Below, piece by piece: positions 56,373 to 64,000 of a DNA stretch of 64,000 nt. Position numbers and translations under genes: made by a program. How positions within the stretch are numbered: the stretch's first letter is position 1; every line of letters begins with the position of its first letter. The notes below the pieces were generated by a model. The model saw only the letters and a program-made list of their open reading frames with translations, had not been told where the DNA came from and ran no database searches. The DNA is from Candidatus Kapaibacterium sp. Its GTDB lineage: Bacteria > Bacteroidota > Ignavibacteria > Kapaibacteriales > NICIL-2. The stretch covers positions 151,581 through 215,580 of the forward strand of contig JANWWF010000001.1 of assembly GCA_025055755.1 (NCBI GenBank). The letters are read 5' to 3'.

Positions 56373-57696
56373 GCGGACACTACTTAGTTTGACAGGCACA
56401 GAGCACTCGGCAACAACAAATCACGAAAGCGGTATTGCGGTCGCTGTACTTCACAAAGGTACTGACCGTACAACGGTTGATGAATATCTTGACGAAATAG
56501 AGCAACTGTGCTTAACGGCGGGGGCAAATATTGTTCTCCGTGTTGTCCAGGAGCGTGAACGTTTAGATCCAGCAACGTTCATAGGGAAAGGAAAAGTTGC
56601 TGAACTCCAGCAGCTTGTGTCTCAATATGGGGTGCACTTTGTCATCTTCGATGACAGTCTCTCTCCAGTACAGGTACGTAACCTCCAACAAGCGTTGGGG
56701 GTAAAAATCCTCGATCGCTCGATGCTGATTCTCGACATCTTCGCAAAGCATGCTCGCACAATTGAAGCAAAAACCCAAGTTGAACTTGCCCAACTGCAAT
56801 ACCTCTACCCTCGCTTAACTCGCCTTTGGACTCACCTTTCACGCCAGTACGGTGGCATAGGAACAAAAGGACCTGGAGAAACACAAATCGAAACAGACCG
56901 TCGGCTTATCAAAGAGCGCATTGCACATCTCCAGCGCCGATTGAAAGACATCGAGAGTCATCGAGCTCTCCAGCGAAAAGAACGACAGGACCTCTTTCGG
57001 TTTGCACTAGTTGGGTACACAAATGCCGGAAAATCTACTCTTTTCAACCTCATCACAGGAGCCCATGTAATCACGGAGAATAAGCTCTTTGCAACACTTG
57101 ATACAACGGTGCGACGCTTTACTCTTCCTTCTGGAATCGAAGCACTTTTGTCCGATACCGTAGGTTTTATTCGCAAACTCCCTGCACACTTAGTCGCATC
57201 TTTCCATAGCACCCTTGCAGAGGCAGCAGAATCAGATGTTCTCATTCATGTCGCAGACGCAGCCCACCCAGCCCTTGATCGCCATATCGAGACGGTAGAA
57301 GAAACATTAGTCAAACTAAGCATCGAACATAAACCACAGCTATTAGTGCTCAACAAAATCGATCAAGTCCGCGATCCGGAACTGCGTTTCTCCCTCCGCA
57401 AGCGATACCCCATGGGGCTGTTTCTTTCTGCTCAAACAGGGTATAACGTCCATACCTTACTTCGTACAATGGAACAGCTGTTTCGACAGCAGTGTGTACG
57501 ACTTCGGGTGCATCTGCCCTACAGTGCTATGGCAACTTTATCTTATCTCTACACAAATACAATTGTTGAGCATCGAAGCGATAGTGATGAAGGAATTACT
57601 CTTGAGCTTATCATTCCGCAGCATTTATCGAGCACGGTAACTGCTGCGGTTGAGCCATGTGGTAAAATCATTCACTCGACGGTAGGTGCCGCATGA
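56371..57696 (+). CDS. hflX: Ribosome-associated GTPase HflX
   Basis: KTQVELAQLQY, GPGETQIETDRR, GYTNAGKS, LFATLD, DTVGFI, NKID. Confidence 0.96.
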   Translation: MRTLLSLTGTEHSATTNHESGIAVAVLHKGTDRTTVDEYLDEIEQLCLTAGANIVLRVVQERERLDPATFIGKGKVAELQQLVSQYGVHFVIFDDSLSPVQVRNLQQALGVKILDRSMLILDIFAKHARTIEAKTQVELAQLQYLYPRLTRLWTHLSRQYGGIGTKGPGETQIETDRRLIKERIAHLQRRLKDIESHRALQRKERQDLFRFALVGYTNAGKSTLFNLITGAHVITENKLFATLDTTVRRFTLPSGIEALLSDTVGFIRKLPAHLVASFHSTLAEAAESDVLIHVADAAHPALDRHIETVEETLVKLSIEHKPQLLVLNKIDQVRDPELRFSLRKRYPMGLFLSAQTGYNVHTLLRTMEQLFRQQCVRLRVHLPYSAMATLSYLYTNTIVEHRSDSDEGITLELIIPQHLSSTVTAAVEPCGKIIHSTVGAA

Positions 57697-57860
57697 AAAC
57701 ACTTGTCATCTTTACCCTGCTTGCGACAGGGGTCTTTCTTACAACGATCGCACTTGTAGTCATAGGACAGGAAATCAGCGTACTCCTCAGCATCGTCCTG
57801 TTTGCGCTATTAGCCTATGGTAGTGTGCGATTTGGATTAGGAAGACTGACCCGTTTATGA
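57693..57860 (+). CDS. Small 55-aa two-TM membrane protein (below the ORF-track cutoff)
   Basis: MKTLVIFTLLATGVFLTTIALVVIGQEISVLLSIVLFALLAYGSVRFGLGRLTRL. ATGA overlap with the hflX stop; fills the hflX-usp gap. Confidence 0.6.
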   Translation: MKTLVIFTLLATGVFLTTIALVVIGQEISVLLSIVLFALLAYGSVRFGLGRLTRL

Positions 57861-58313
57861 CTGTCCACTGCCAGCGCGAACAACAAACACAGGACAAGGA
57901 GCACGGCGAACAACCCTCTCTGTCGTGCTCCCTAAAATCAAATGGCTAAACCCGCGACGCCCATGTGTTGCAATGCAAATGAGGGAGATTGCGTTCTGCT
58001 GTGCGTACTCGATGATTGCTTCAGATGCTCGCCCCTCTCGAATCGTTGTCACGACACGAAATCCTTCCTGTTGTCGTTGCTGAGCTAGCTGCGAGAGTCG
58101 CTCCTGAGCACTCTCTCGGAGATCCTTGAGGACATCAAAATAAATGCTTTGTTCTACGCCGTTGATGGTTGCAAAAGTATCTATTGGTTCGATTGCGTAG
58201 AGATAGTGTAATTCCGAGTGGAACTGCTTTGCCAGCGCAACTCCGTAGTGTTCTGCATGTTGTGCGCATTCAGAAAAATCTGTTGGAATAAGAATGGAGC
58301 GAAACTCAAGCAT
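57855..58313 (-). CDS. Universal stress protein (UspA family)
   Basis: ILIPTDFS...THGRRGFSHLILGSTTERVVRRAPCPV. Start placed at ATG 58313. Confidence 0.93.
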   Translation of the reverse strand: MLEFRSILIPTDFSECAQHAEHYGVALAKQFHSELHYLYAIEPIDTFATINGVEQSIYFDVLKDLRESAQERLSQLAQQRQQEGFRVVTTIREGRASEAIIEYAQQNAISLICIATHGRRGFSHLILGSTTERVVRRAPCPVFVVRAGSGQS

Positions 58314-58363
58314 GGAAGTTATCCTTTGGTGTGGAATCCTTCCGCAAATTACACTATCTGCTC

Positions 58364-58412
58364 TAAAAACAAAATGCCCGACAGTCTGGGGGGAAAGGTG
58401 ACTGCCGGACAT
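58364..58412 (-). terminator. Probable terminator downstream of tRNA-Gly
   Basis: Imperfect stem ATGCCCGACAGTC...GACTGCCGGACAT followed by TTTTGTTTTT on the minus strand. Confidence 0.45.
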
Positions 58413-58449
58413 GCAGCATAAGGGAGGCAAAACTGAGGTGGAAACCTCG

Positions 58450-58522
58450 AGCGGGAAACGGGACTCGAACCCGCGACCCCAACCTTGGCAAGGTTGTGCT
58501 CTACCAACTGAGCTATTCCCGC
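58450..58522 (-). tRNA. tRNA-Gly (GCC)
   Basis: GCGGGAATAGCTCAGTTGGTAGAGCACAACCTTGCCAAGGTTGGGGTCGCGGGTTCGAGTCCCGTTTCCCGCT forms a cloverleaf; CCA is not encoded. A TATTTTTG box lies upstream at 58541-58548. Confidence 0.97.
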
Positions 58523-58556
58523 CTCCAAAAGGATGCACCGCAAAAATACATCGTTG

Positions 58557-59207
58557 CTATGGCTTCTGCAAGTGCCCTCGACCAAACACTACCTTAAACA
58601 CATCCGCAACAACAGATGCAACTTCCGAGACTGCAACCGCTGTGCCAAGCTCACGCTCCATTGACGTAACCTCGCGATCTGGTATGCCGCATGGAATTAT
58701 ACAATCAAATTGCTGTAAGTCATTTGCAACATTGAGGGCAAAGCCATGCGAGGTAACCCAGCGAGAACAGCGAATCCCAATTGCGCAGATTTTCCGCTGA
58801 CCTTCCACCCAAACCCCCGTCAAGCCTGGTACCTGTCCTGCTACTATCCCCCAATGCTTGAGTGCATCAATAATGCACTGCTCGATAGTACGAACAAACC
58901 AGTGTAAATCTGCACGAAACTGCATCAGGTCGAAAATCGGATATCCAACCAGCTGGCCCGGATTGTGAAGAGTTACATCTCCACCTCGATCAGTTTCAAC
59001 AAGATCTATTCCACGCTGTGCGAGTTCTTCCGGAGAGCAAAGCACATGCCGGAATGTTCCTGCGCGCCCTACTGTTATCACTGCTGGATGCTCACAGAGC
59101 ACCAGCGTACTTTGCCGCACCCCCTGCTGTATATGGCGGACGTACTCTCGCTGTCTCTCCCAGGCAGCTCGATACTCAATAAGCCCCCAGTTTTCTACGA
59201 CAATCAT
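58557..59207 (-). CDS. lipB: Lipoyl(octanoyl) transferase LipB
   Basis: CEHPAVIT.GR, DRGGDVTLHNPGQLVGYPI, KICAIG, HGFALNV, IIPCGI. Confidence 0.96.
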   Translation of the reverse strand: MIVVENWGLIEYRAAWERQREYVRHIQQGVRQSTLVLCEHPAVITVGRAGTFRHVLCSPEELAQRGIDLVETDRGGDVTLHNPGQLVGYPIFDLMQFRADLHWFVRTIEQCIIDALKHWGIVAGQVPGLTGVWVEGQRKICAIGIRCSRWVTSHGFALNVANDLQQFDCIIPCGIPDREVTSMERELGTAVAVSEVASVVADVFKVVFGRGHLQKP

Positions 59208-62011
59208 CGCTTTTTACGTGTCTGTGATGACTTTCCATGAGCAGATGCAAAAAATTCCTGCAGAGCTTTTCCTGTCCAGGATTCTTCACACATCGCAATG
59301 TCTTCTGGAGTCCCTACACAAACCACCTGTCCCCCCTCCTCACCGGCACCAGGTCCAAGATCAATAATCCAATCGGCTGCAGCGATTACATGGAGATTGT
59401 GTTCAATAACGACAACACTTTGTCCTCGTTCGATTAGGCGTTCAAAACATCGGAGTAGAACTGCAATATCATGCAAATGCAGCCCAGTGGTAGGTTCATC
59501 AAATAGGTACAGTACATGTCCACTTGCGGCAGCATCAAGATATGCCGCTAATTTCAATCGTTGTGCTTCTCCTCCGCTGAGCGTAAGGCTGGACTGCCCA
59601 AGCTTTAGGTAGCCCAATCCCACGTCTTGCAGCGTCTTAAGACGTTGGAGAACTTTCCGTTTCCCCTTGAAAAATGCTGCTGCTTCATCTATGGTCATAT
59701 TCAGCACATCCACAATGGATTTTCCATTGTAGAGAATCGAACGGGCGTCTTGTTTGTACCGCGTACCGCCACATGCTTCGCATGGTACCTCGATATCAGG
59801 AAGAAATTGCATCTCCACCAGAACACTGCCAGCACCTTCGCATACTTCACACCGACCGCCCGGAACATTGAAGGAAAAATGACTACTGGTCCACCCTCGT
59901 TCCCGTGCCGCAGGAGTTTCTGCAAACACTTCTCGAATTGCATCGAATGCCTTCGTATATGTTGCGGGGGTCGAGCGCGATGAACGTCCTACCGGACTTT
60001 GATCGACTAGCTCGATATCGGTAATGAACTCAAGTCCACGGATTTCGTCGCAACGCCCTGCTGGAAGCGCAGTTCCTCCAAAATGACGTTTGGCATTTGC
60101 ATAGAGAACTTGTTCAATAAGTGTGCTCTTGCCAGAGCCACTTACTCCTGTGACAACAACGAAGCGATGGAGAGGAATATCCACCTGCTCGATACGCAGA
60201 TTATTCTCCCGTGCTCCAACGATGGTGATCATCTGTTGACTATCCCCTGTCCGTCGGCGAGGCAACTCAATTTTCTTCCGACCAGCTAAATAGGCACCTG
60301 TTAGTGATTCCGGATGCTGCATGATCTCGGCAGGCGTCCCTGCCGCAACAACACGCCCGCCATTTTCTCCTGCACCTGGTCCCATATCCACGACGTAATC
60401 GGCACAACGAATAATGTCGGGATCATGCTCGACGACTACAACAGTGTTACCGACACTACGCAATGTATGGAGCATGCGAATCAACCGCTGTGTATCACGC
60501 CAGTGAAGACCAATACTTGGTTCATCCAGCACATACAGTGTTCCCACTAACGTTGAGCCAAGCGAAGTAGCAATACTTAGCCGTTGTGCCTCACCGCCAC
60601 TAAGGGTGTGAGAAAGACGATCGAGCGTCAGGTACTCGACTCCAATATCGCAGAGCAAGCGGAGTCTCCACCGTATCTCACGAAGTACATGCTCGACAAT
60701 TGCTATCTCATGCTGGGGAAGCTCCAATTGCTCGAAAAATGAATGTGCTTGCTCGATTGTCATGCGGAGTAATGAAGGGAGGTTTATCCCTCCTACATAG
60801 ACCTGCCGTGCTGAGCGGCGCAATCGCGATCCATTACATGAAGGACAGCGCGTGTAGCCTCGGTAACGTGCTAACATGATGCGATTCTGCACTTTGTAGG
60901 CATGGTCCTCCAAGTACTTGAAGTAGCCATTTATGCCAAAGAATGTCTCATCCCCCTCCCACAGCCAACGGTATTGCTCAGCGCTCAACTTCGCAACAGG
61001 AACGTCGATGGGAATTCCTTTCTTTTTTGCAGCCGCAAGCATTTCTGCTTGCACTGGATAATTCCGAAACGGATGGATTGCCCCCATAGCCAGTGAGCGA
61101 GAGCGATCCGGTATGACCAAGTCCTCATCAATACCAATTGTCCTACCGAACCCCTCACAGGTTGGACATGCACCGTACGGGCTGTTGAAGGAAAAAAGAC
61201 GCGGTGTTGGCTCCTGATAGCGGATACCACAGTGGCTGCATTCGTATTGGGGCGAAAAAAAGTATGTTTCTTCTTTTGCCATCCGCCGGACAACAACCCT
61301 TCGCCCCAGCCGAAATGCGGTTTCTACTGCCTCAGTTAAGCGCATAAGGGTATCACTCTCTTCAGGCTGGAGAGTTACTCTATCCACAATGACTACCCGC
61401 TGGCTCTCTTCAGGAATTGATTCGTTCTCACCTATCGTGTAAACCTCCCATGTCCGGAGATCTGCAACACGAATGAATCCTGCCGCAGTTATTGCCTGAA
61501 TGTCCGAAAGATCCGACGATGGCACAAATCCAATCATGATCCGTTCCCCTGGATTCCACTGCAGAATATCTGCAACAACTTGCTGCGGAGTATCTCTGCG
61601 AACAAGACGCTGGCACTGATGGCAAATCGTTTTTCCTACATGTCCAAACAGGAGACGGAAATAATCGTAAACCTCCGTTGCAGTGGCGACAATTGAGCGC
61701 GGATTGCGTGCCAATGGTTTTTGCTCGAGCGCTATTGCAGGGGGCAAGCCGCTTATTCGTTCGACGTTTGGCCTACCTTTCCGCTCAAGAAACTGACGAG
61801 CATAAGCTGAAAGAGACTCAACAAATCGGCGTTGTCCTTCTGCATACAGCGTATCAAAGGCCAAAGAAGACTTCCCCGACCCACTGACCCCTGTAATAAC
61901 AGTCAAGCGATTATGCGGGATGCGAACGCTCACGTCCTTCAAATTGTTGACGTTTGCCCGCACAACCTCAATTGCGGTAGTAGTAGCGCGTTTTGTCTTT
62001 GTCTTAACCAT
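59204..62011 (-). CDS. uvrA: Excinuclease ABC subunit A
   Basis: Two GVSGSGKS Walker A motifs, LSGGEAQR twice, Zn fingers (CPTCEG, CEVCEG), DEPSIGLH/DEPTTGLH. Start probably ATG 62011. Confidence 0.95.
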   Translation of the reverse strand: MVKTKTKRATTTAIEVVRANVNNLKDVSVRIPHNRLTVITGVSGSGKSSLAFDTLYAEGQRRFVESLSAYARQFLERKGRPNVERISGLPPAIALEQKPLARNPRSIVATATEVYDYFRLLFGHVGKTICHQCQRLVRRDTPQQVVADILQWNPGERIMIGFVPSSDLSDIQAITAAGFIRVADLRTWEVYTIGENESIPEESQRVVIVDRVTLQPEESDTLMRLTEAVETAFRLGRRVVVRRMAKEETYFFSPQYECSHCGIRYQEPTPRLFSFNSPYGACPTCEGFGRTIGIDEDLVIPDRSRSLAMGAIHPFRNYPVQAEMLAAAKKKGIPIDVPVAKLSAEQYRWLWEGDETFFGINGYFKYLEDHAYKVQNRIMLARYRGYTRCPSCNGSRLRRSARQVYVGGINLPSLLRMTIEQAHSFFEQLELPQHEIAIVEHVLREIRWRLRLLCDIGVEYLTLDRLSHTLSGGEAQRLSIATSLGSTLVGTLYVLDEPSIGLHWRDTQRLIRMLHTLRSVGNTVVVVEHDPDIIRCADYVVDMGPGAGENGGRVVAAGTPAEIMQHPESLTGAYLAGRKKIELPRRRTGDSQQMITIVGARENNLRIEQVDIPLHRFVVVTGVSGSGKSTLIEQVLYANAKRHFGGTALPAGRCDEIRGLEFITDIELVDQSPVGRSSRSTPATYTKAFDAIREVFAETPAARERGWTSSHFSFNVPGGRCEVCEGAGSVLVEMQFLPDIEVPCEACGGTRYKQDARSILYNGKSIVDVLNMTIDEAAAFFKGKRKVLQRLKTLQDVGLGYLKLGQSSLTLSGGEAQRLKLAAYLDAAASGHVLYLFDEPTTGLHLHDIAVLLRCFERLIERGQSVVVIEHNLHVIAAADWIIDLGPGAGEEGGQVVCVGTPEDIAMCEESWTGKALQEFFASAHGKSSQTRKKR

Positions 62012-62042
62012 AGCATCAAAAAGAAACGCTCGAACTACAAAA

Positions 62043-63974
62043 CTACCGCTTTGGATTCCACCCCACCAGCAACCGCACACGCCACGCCCGTCCGGGCATC
62101 GGAAAGTTTCGAATTATCGCGTAGTGCGCATCGAATGCGTTCAGAAGATCGAGCGTTAATGCCCCTTGCAGCCCAGCGTACTCAATCGCGAGACGACATG
62201 AGAAGTCCACCGTCATCACTGGATCAAGGGCTGACGACGGTGCATTGTCAGTCTGTGAGTACCGCTTACCGATATAGTTTGCGGTAGCAAGCATTTGCAG
62301 GTGCCTACCCACTGCATACGTGGTACGCACCATACCAAGCAGTGATGGTGTGTAGATTACCTGTTTACCGTATGTAAATGCTGTGGGATCGTCATACGTT
62401 ACCAGCTGATAGGTTAGCGATGAAACGACCGAGAGCAACGATTGCTGCCATTGAATGTACAGTTCTGCCCCTCGGGAGAGTACTTTCCCTGCGTTTTGGA
62501 CCGACCACGTTATTGCGCTCCGCGGCACTGCAATGATTTGGTCTCGTATCCACATGGTAAATGCATCAAGATCACAGCGCAGATGCCCTATTTGCAGCAT
62601 TACTCCTGCGTTAATGTCGTAGGATCGCTCTGGTCGTACGGCAATGGAGCCAAAATTCTGGTAGTACAGTTCATTGAATGAAGGCGGACGGTAACTTGTT
62701 CCCGCACTTAGTCGCACGCCTATCGGGGACTCAGTAATCCACCGCATTTGTACACTCCCTGTCAGAGCATCAGCAACATCAGAGTAAAGATCAGCACGGA
62801 ACCCGGACTCAGCTATCAATGCGGAGCTACCGGCGTCAAGCAACGTTCCCCCGGCTACTATGGCCGCTCCGAACTGCAATCGCTCTGCGAAGGAACCAGC
62901 ACCGAAACGATACAGATTGCCCCGCAAGGTGTTGTAATATGCCTCTACTTTTGGCTCGAGGTACCATCCCACCAATTGAATACGCGGCGCTTCGACGACA
63001 GCTACAAAATCACGTGCAATGAAACGATCATATGCACCCTGAGGTCCGCGGAAACGGGCAAGTGAATCACGGTAGAGCTGTTCGAACCATCGCGCTGCTA
63101 TTCGGAGCCGCCATGGATTAGTATCGTCGCCCGCGGCGAATGACTCAATTGCAAACAACTCTTGTTCATCAAGTCGGGCTGCTGTCTGCTCGATGGCACC
63201 TTGGAGCACTGCTCCAGGTGCACCCCGCTGGCTTGATCGCAAGATAACCACCAACGAGTTTCCATAGTCGGCAAGTTTCCACTGCCATTGCAATGCAGCA
63301 TTTAGCAAGAATGCATCCCCATTGCGGCGCTCTATGCGCTGCCAAGAACCGAATTGGTTGAAAAGAAAAGGATAGTTCCCTTGAGAGTACACGCCATCGG
63401 CAATAACACCGAATTGATGCTGCTGATGGTGGTAGCCTACATCTACCGTCAATGCCCGCTCCCCGAATGCACCAAGAACGCCTGTCACACTTGCACCCCT
63501 GCGCGGCTGCCGACAAGATAATAGCACTGTTCCCGCCATTGCACCGGCACCCCATAACGTCCCTCGACTACCGCGTTCTACACTGATTTGCTCAATTAAT
63601 GCTGTGGGGATTTGCCCGATATCCACTAAGCCATTTGTTGCAGTATTGAGGCGTACACCGTCGAGAATAATTGCAGTTTGTGTTGCTGTTGCACCGCGGA
63701 GGGACACTGTCTTGAGCCCTCCCAAGCCACCATAATTCCGAACAAACACACCCGGCAACCCTTGGATTGCATCAGCAACATTGACAACCGGTAGTTGCTC
63801 GAGCATTCTCCGCGGTAGCTGGGCAAGCGGCAGTGCATACATAATCTCATGGAGAAGCGTATCTTCGACTACTACTGGACGAAATACCCGGCGGACAGAA
63901 TCCTCATGCTGCGCTGTACCGGGGGCAGTCGCAATGAGCAACAGCACGAGGACCTGTCCGCTTTTCCATTGCAT
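62043..63974 (-). CDS. TonB-dependent receptor (BtuB-like)
   Basis: Plug PGVFVRNYGGLGGLKTVSLRG...IEQISVERG, YRPPSFNELY, PERS, C-terminal FPMPGR. Confidence 0.88.
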   Translation of the reverse strand: MQWKSGQVLVLLLIATAPGTAQHEDSVRRVFRPVVVEDTLLHEIMYALPLAQLPRRMLEQLPVVNVADAIQGLPGVFVRNYGGLGGLKTVSLRGATATQTAIILDGVRLNTATNGLVDIGQIPTALIEQISVERGSRGTLWGAGAMAGTVLLSCRQPRRGASVTGVLGAFGERALTVDVGYHHQQHQFGVIADGVYSQGNYPFLFNQFGSWQRIERRNGDAFLLNAALQWQWKLADYGNSLVVILRSSQRGAPGAVLQGAIEQTAARLDEQELFAIESFAAGDDTNPWRLRIAARWFEQLYRDSLARFRGPQGAYDRFIARDFVAVVEAPRIQLVGWYLEPKVEAYYNTLRGNLYRFGAGSFAERLQFGAAIVAGGTLLDAGSSALIAESGFRADLYSDVADALTGSVQMRWITESPIGVRLSAGTSYRPPSFNELYYQNFGSIAVRPERSYDINAGVMLQIGHLRCDLDAFTMWIRDQIIAVPRSAITWSVQNAGKVLSRGAELYIQWQQSLLSVVSSLTYQLVTYDDPTAFTYGKQVIYTPSLLGMVRTTYAVGRHLQMLATANYIGKRYSQTDNAPSSALDPVMTVDFSCRLAIEYAGLQGALTLDLLNAFDAHYAIIRNFPMPGRAWRVRLLVGWNPKR

Positions 63975-64000
63975 CGAGCACAGAAAACGATAGCTTCACT

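Noticed and set aside
58314-58522. tRNA-Gly as an integration site for a genomic island
   Set aside because: No integrase, no duplicated tRNA 3' end seen, and the flanks are core genes. Lack of an encoded CCA is common.
58314-58538. N-terminal extension of the 227-aa Usp ORF (GGGNSSVGRAQPCQGWGRGFESRFPL)
   Set aside because: It is the translated tRNA-Gly gene; the Usp domain starts at ATG 58313.
2649-63993. Numerous 60-180 aa antisense or alternate-frame ORFs in the track
   Set aside because: They lie within well-supported genes, lack recognisable motifs and are expected by chance.
63975-64000. Cobalamin riboswitch upstream of the BtuB-like receptor
   Set aside because: Only 26 nt of upstream sequence are in the window, so it cannot be assessed. 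The receptor substrate is unproven.

Overview
A gene-dense bacterial chromosome window made mostly of housekeeping genes, mostly on the minus strand. I saw no CRISPR array, IS element, integrase or prophage. The sequence suggests the Bacteroidota/Chlorobi/Ignavibacteria group, most likely Candidatus Kapabacteria (inference from four T9SS C-terminal-domain proteins, a Chlorobi-type HisA C-terminus, a TMGH variant of the ValRS HIGH motif and TAnnTTTG promoter boxes). Core genes include a 2-oxoacid dehydrogenase E2, fumC, ftsQAZ, ruvA, ltaE, adk, folD, pyrF, truA, mtaB, valS, lat, hflX, lipB, uvrA and tRNA-Gly(GCC). The most unusual items are: (1) a stand-alone 4-TM protein (44041-45369) whose last two helices resemble the T9SS/gliding motor subunit GldL/PorL in a MotA-like topology, next to a PorU2-like C25 peptidase; (2) a T9SS-secreted clan GH-A-like protein that appears to have lost both catalytic glutamates; (3) a HisA homologue with degenerate catalytic and phosphate-binding motifs; (4) a Zn-knuckle+SET protein with a non-canonical SAM-binding motif; (5) an unlisted 55-aa two-helix protein coupled to hflX; (6) a hairpin-rich leader with a possible uORF upstream of lat. 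All family assignments are by-eye motif recognition, not database searches.
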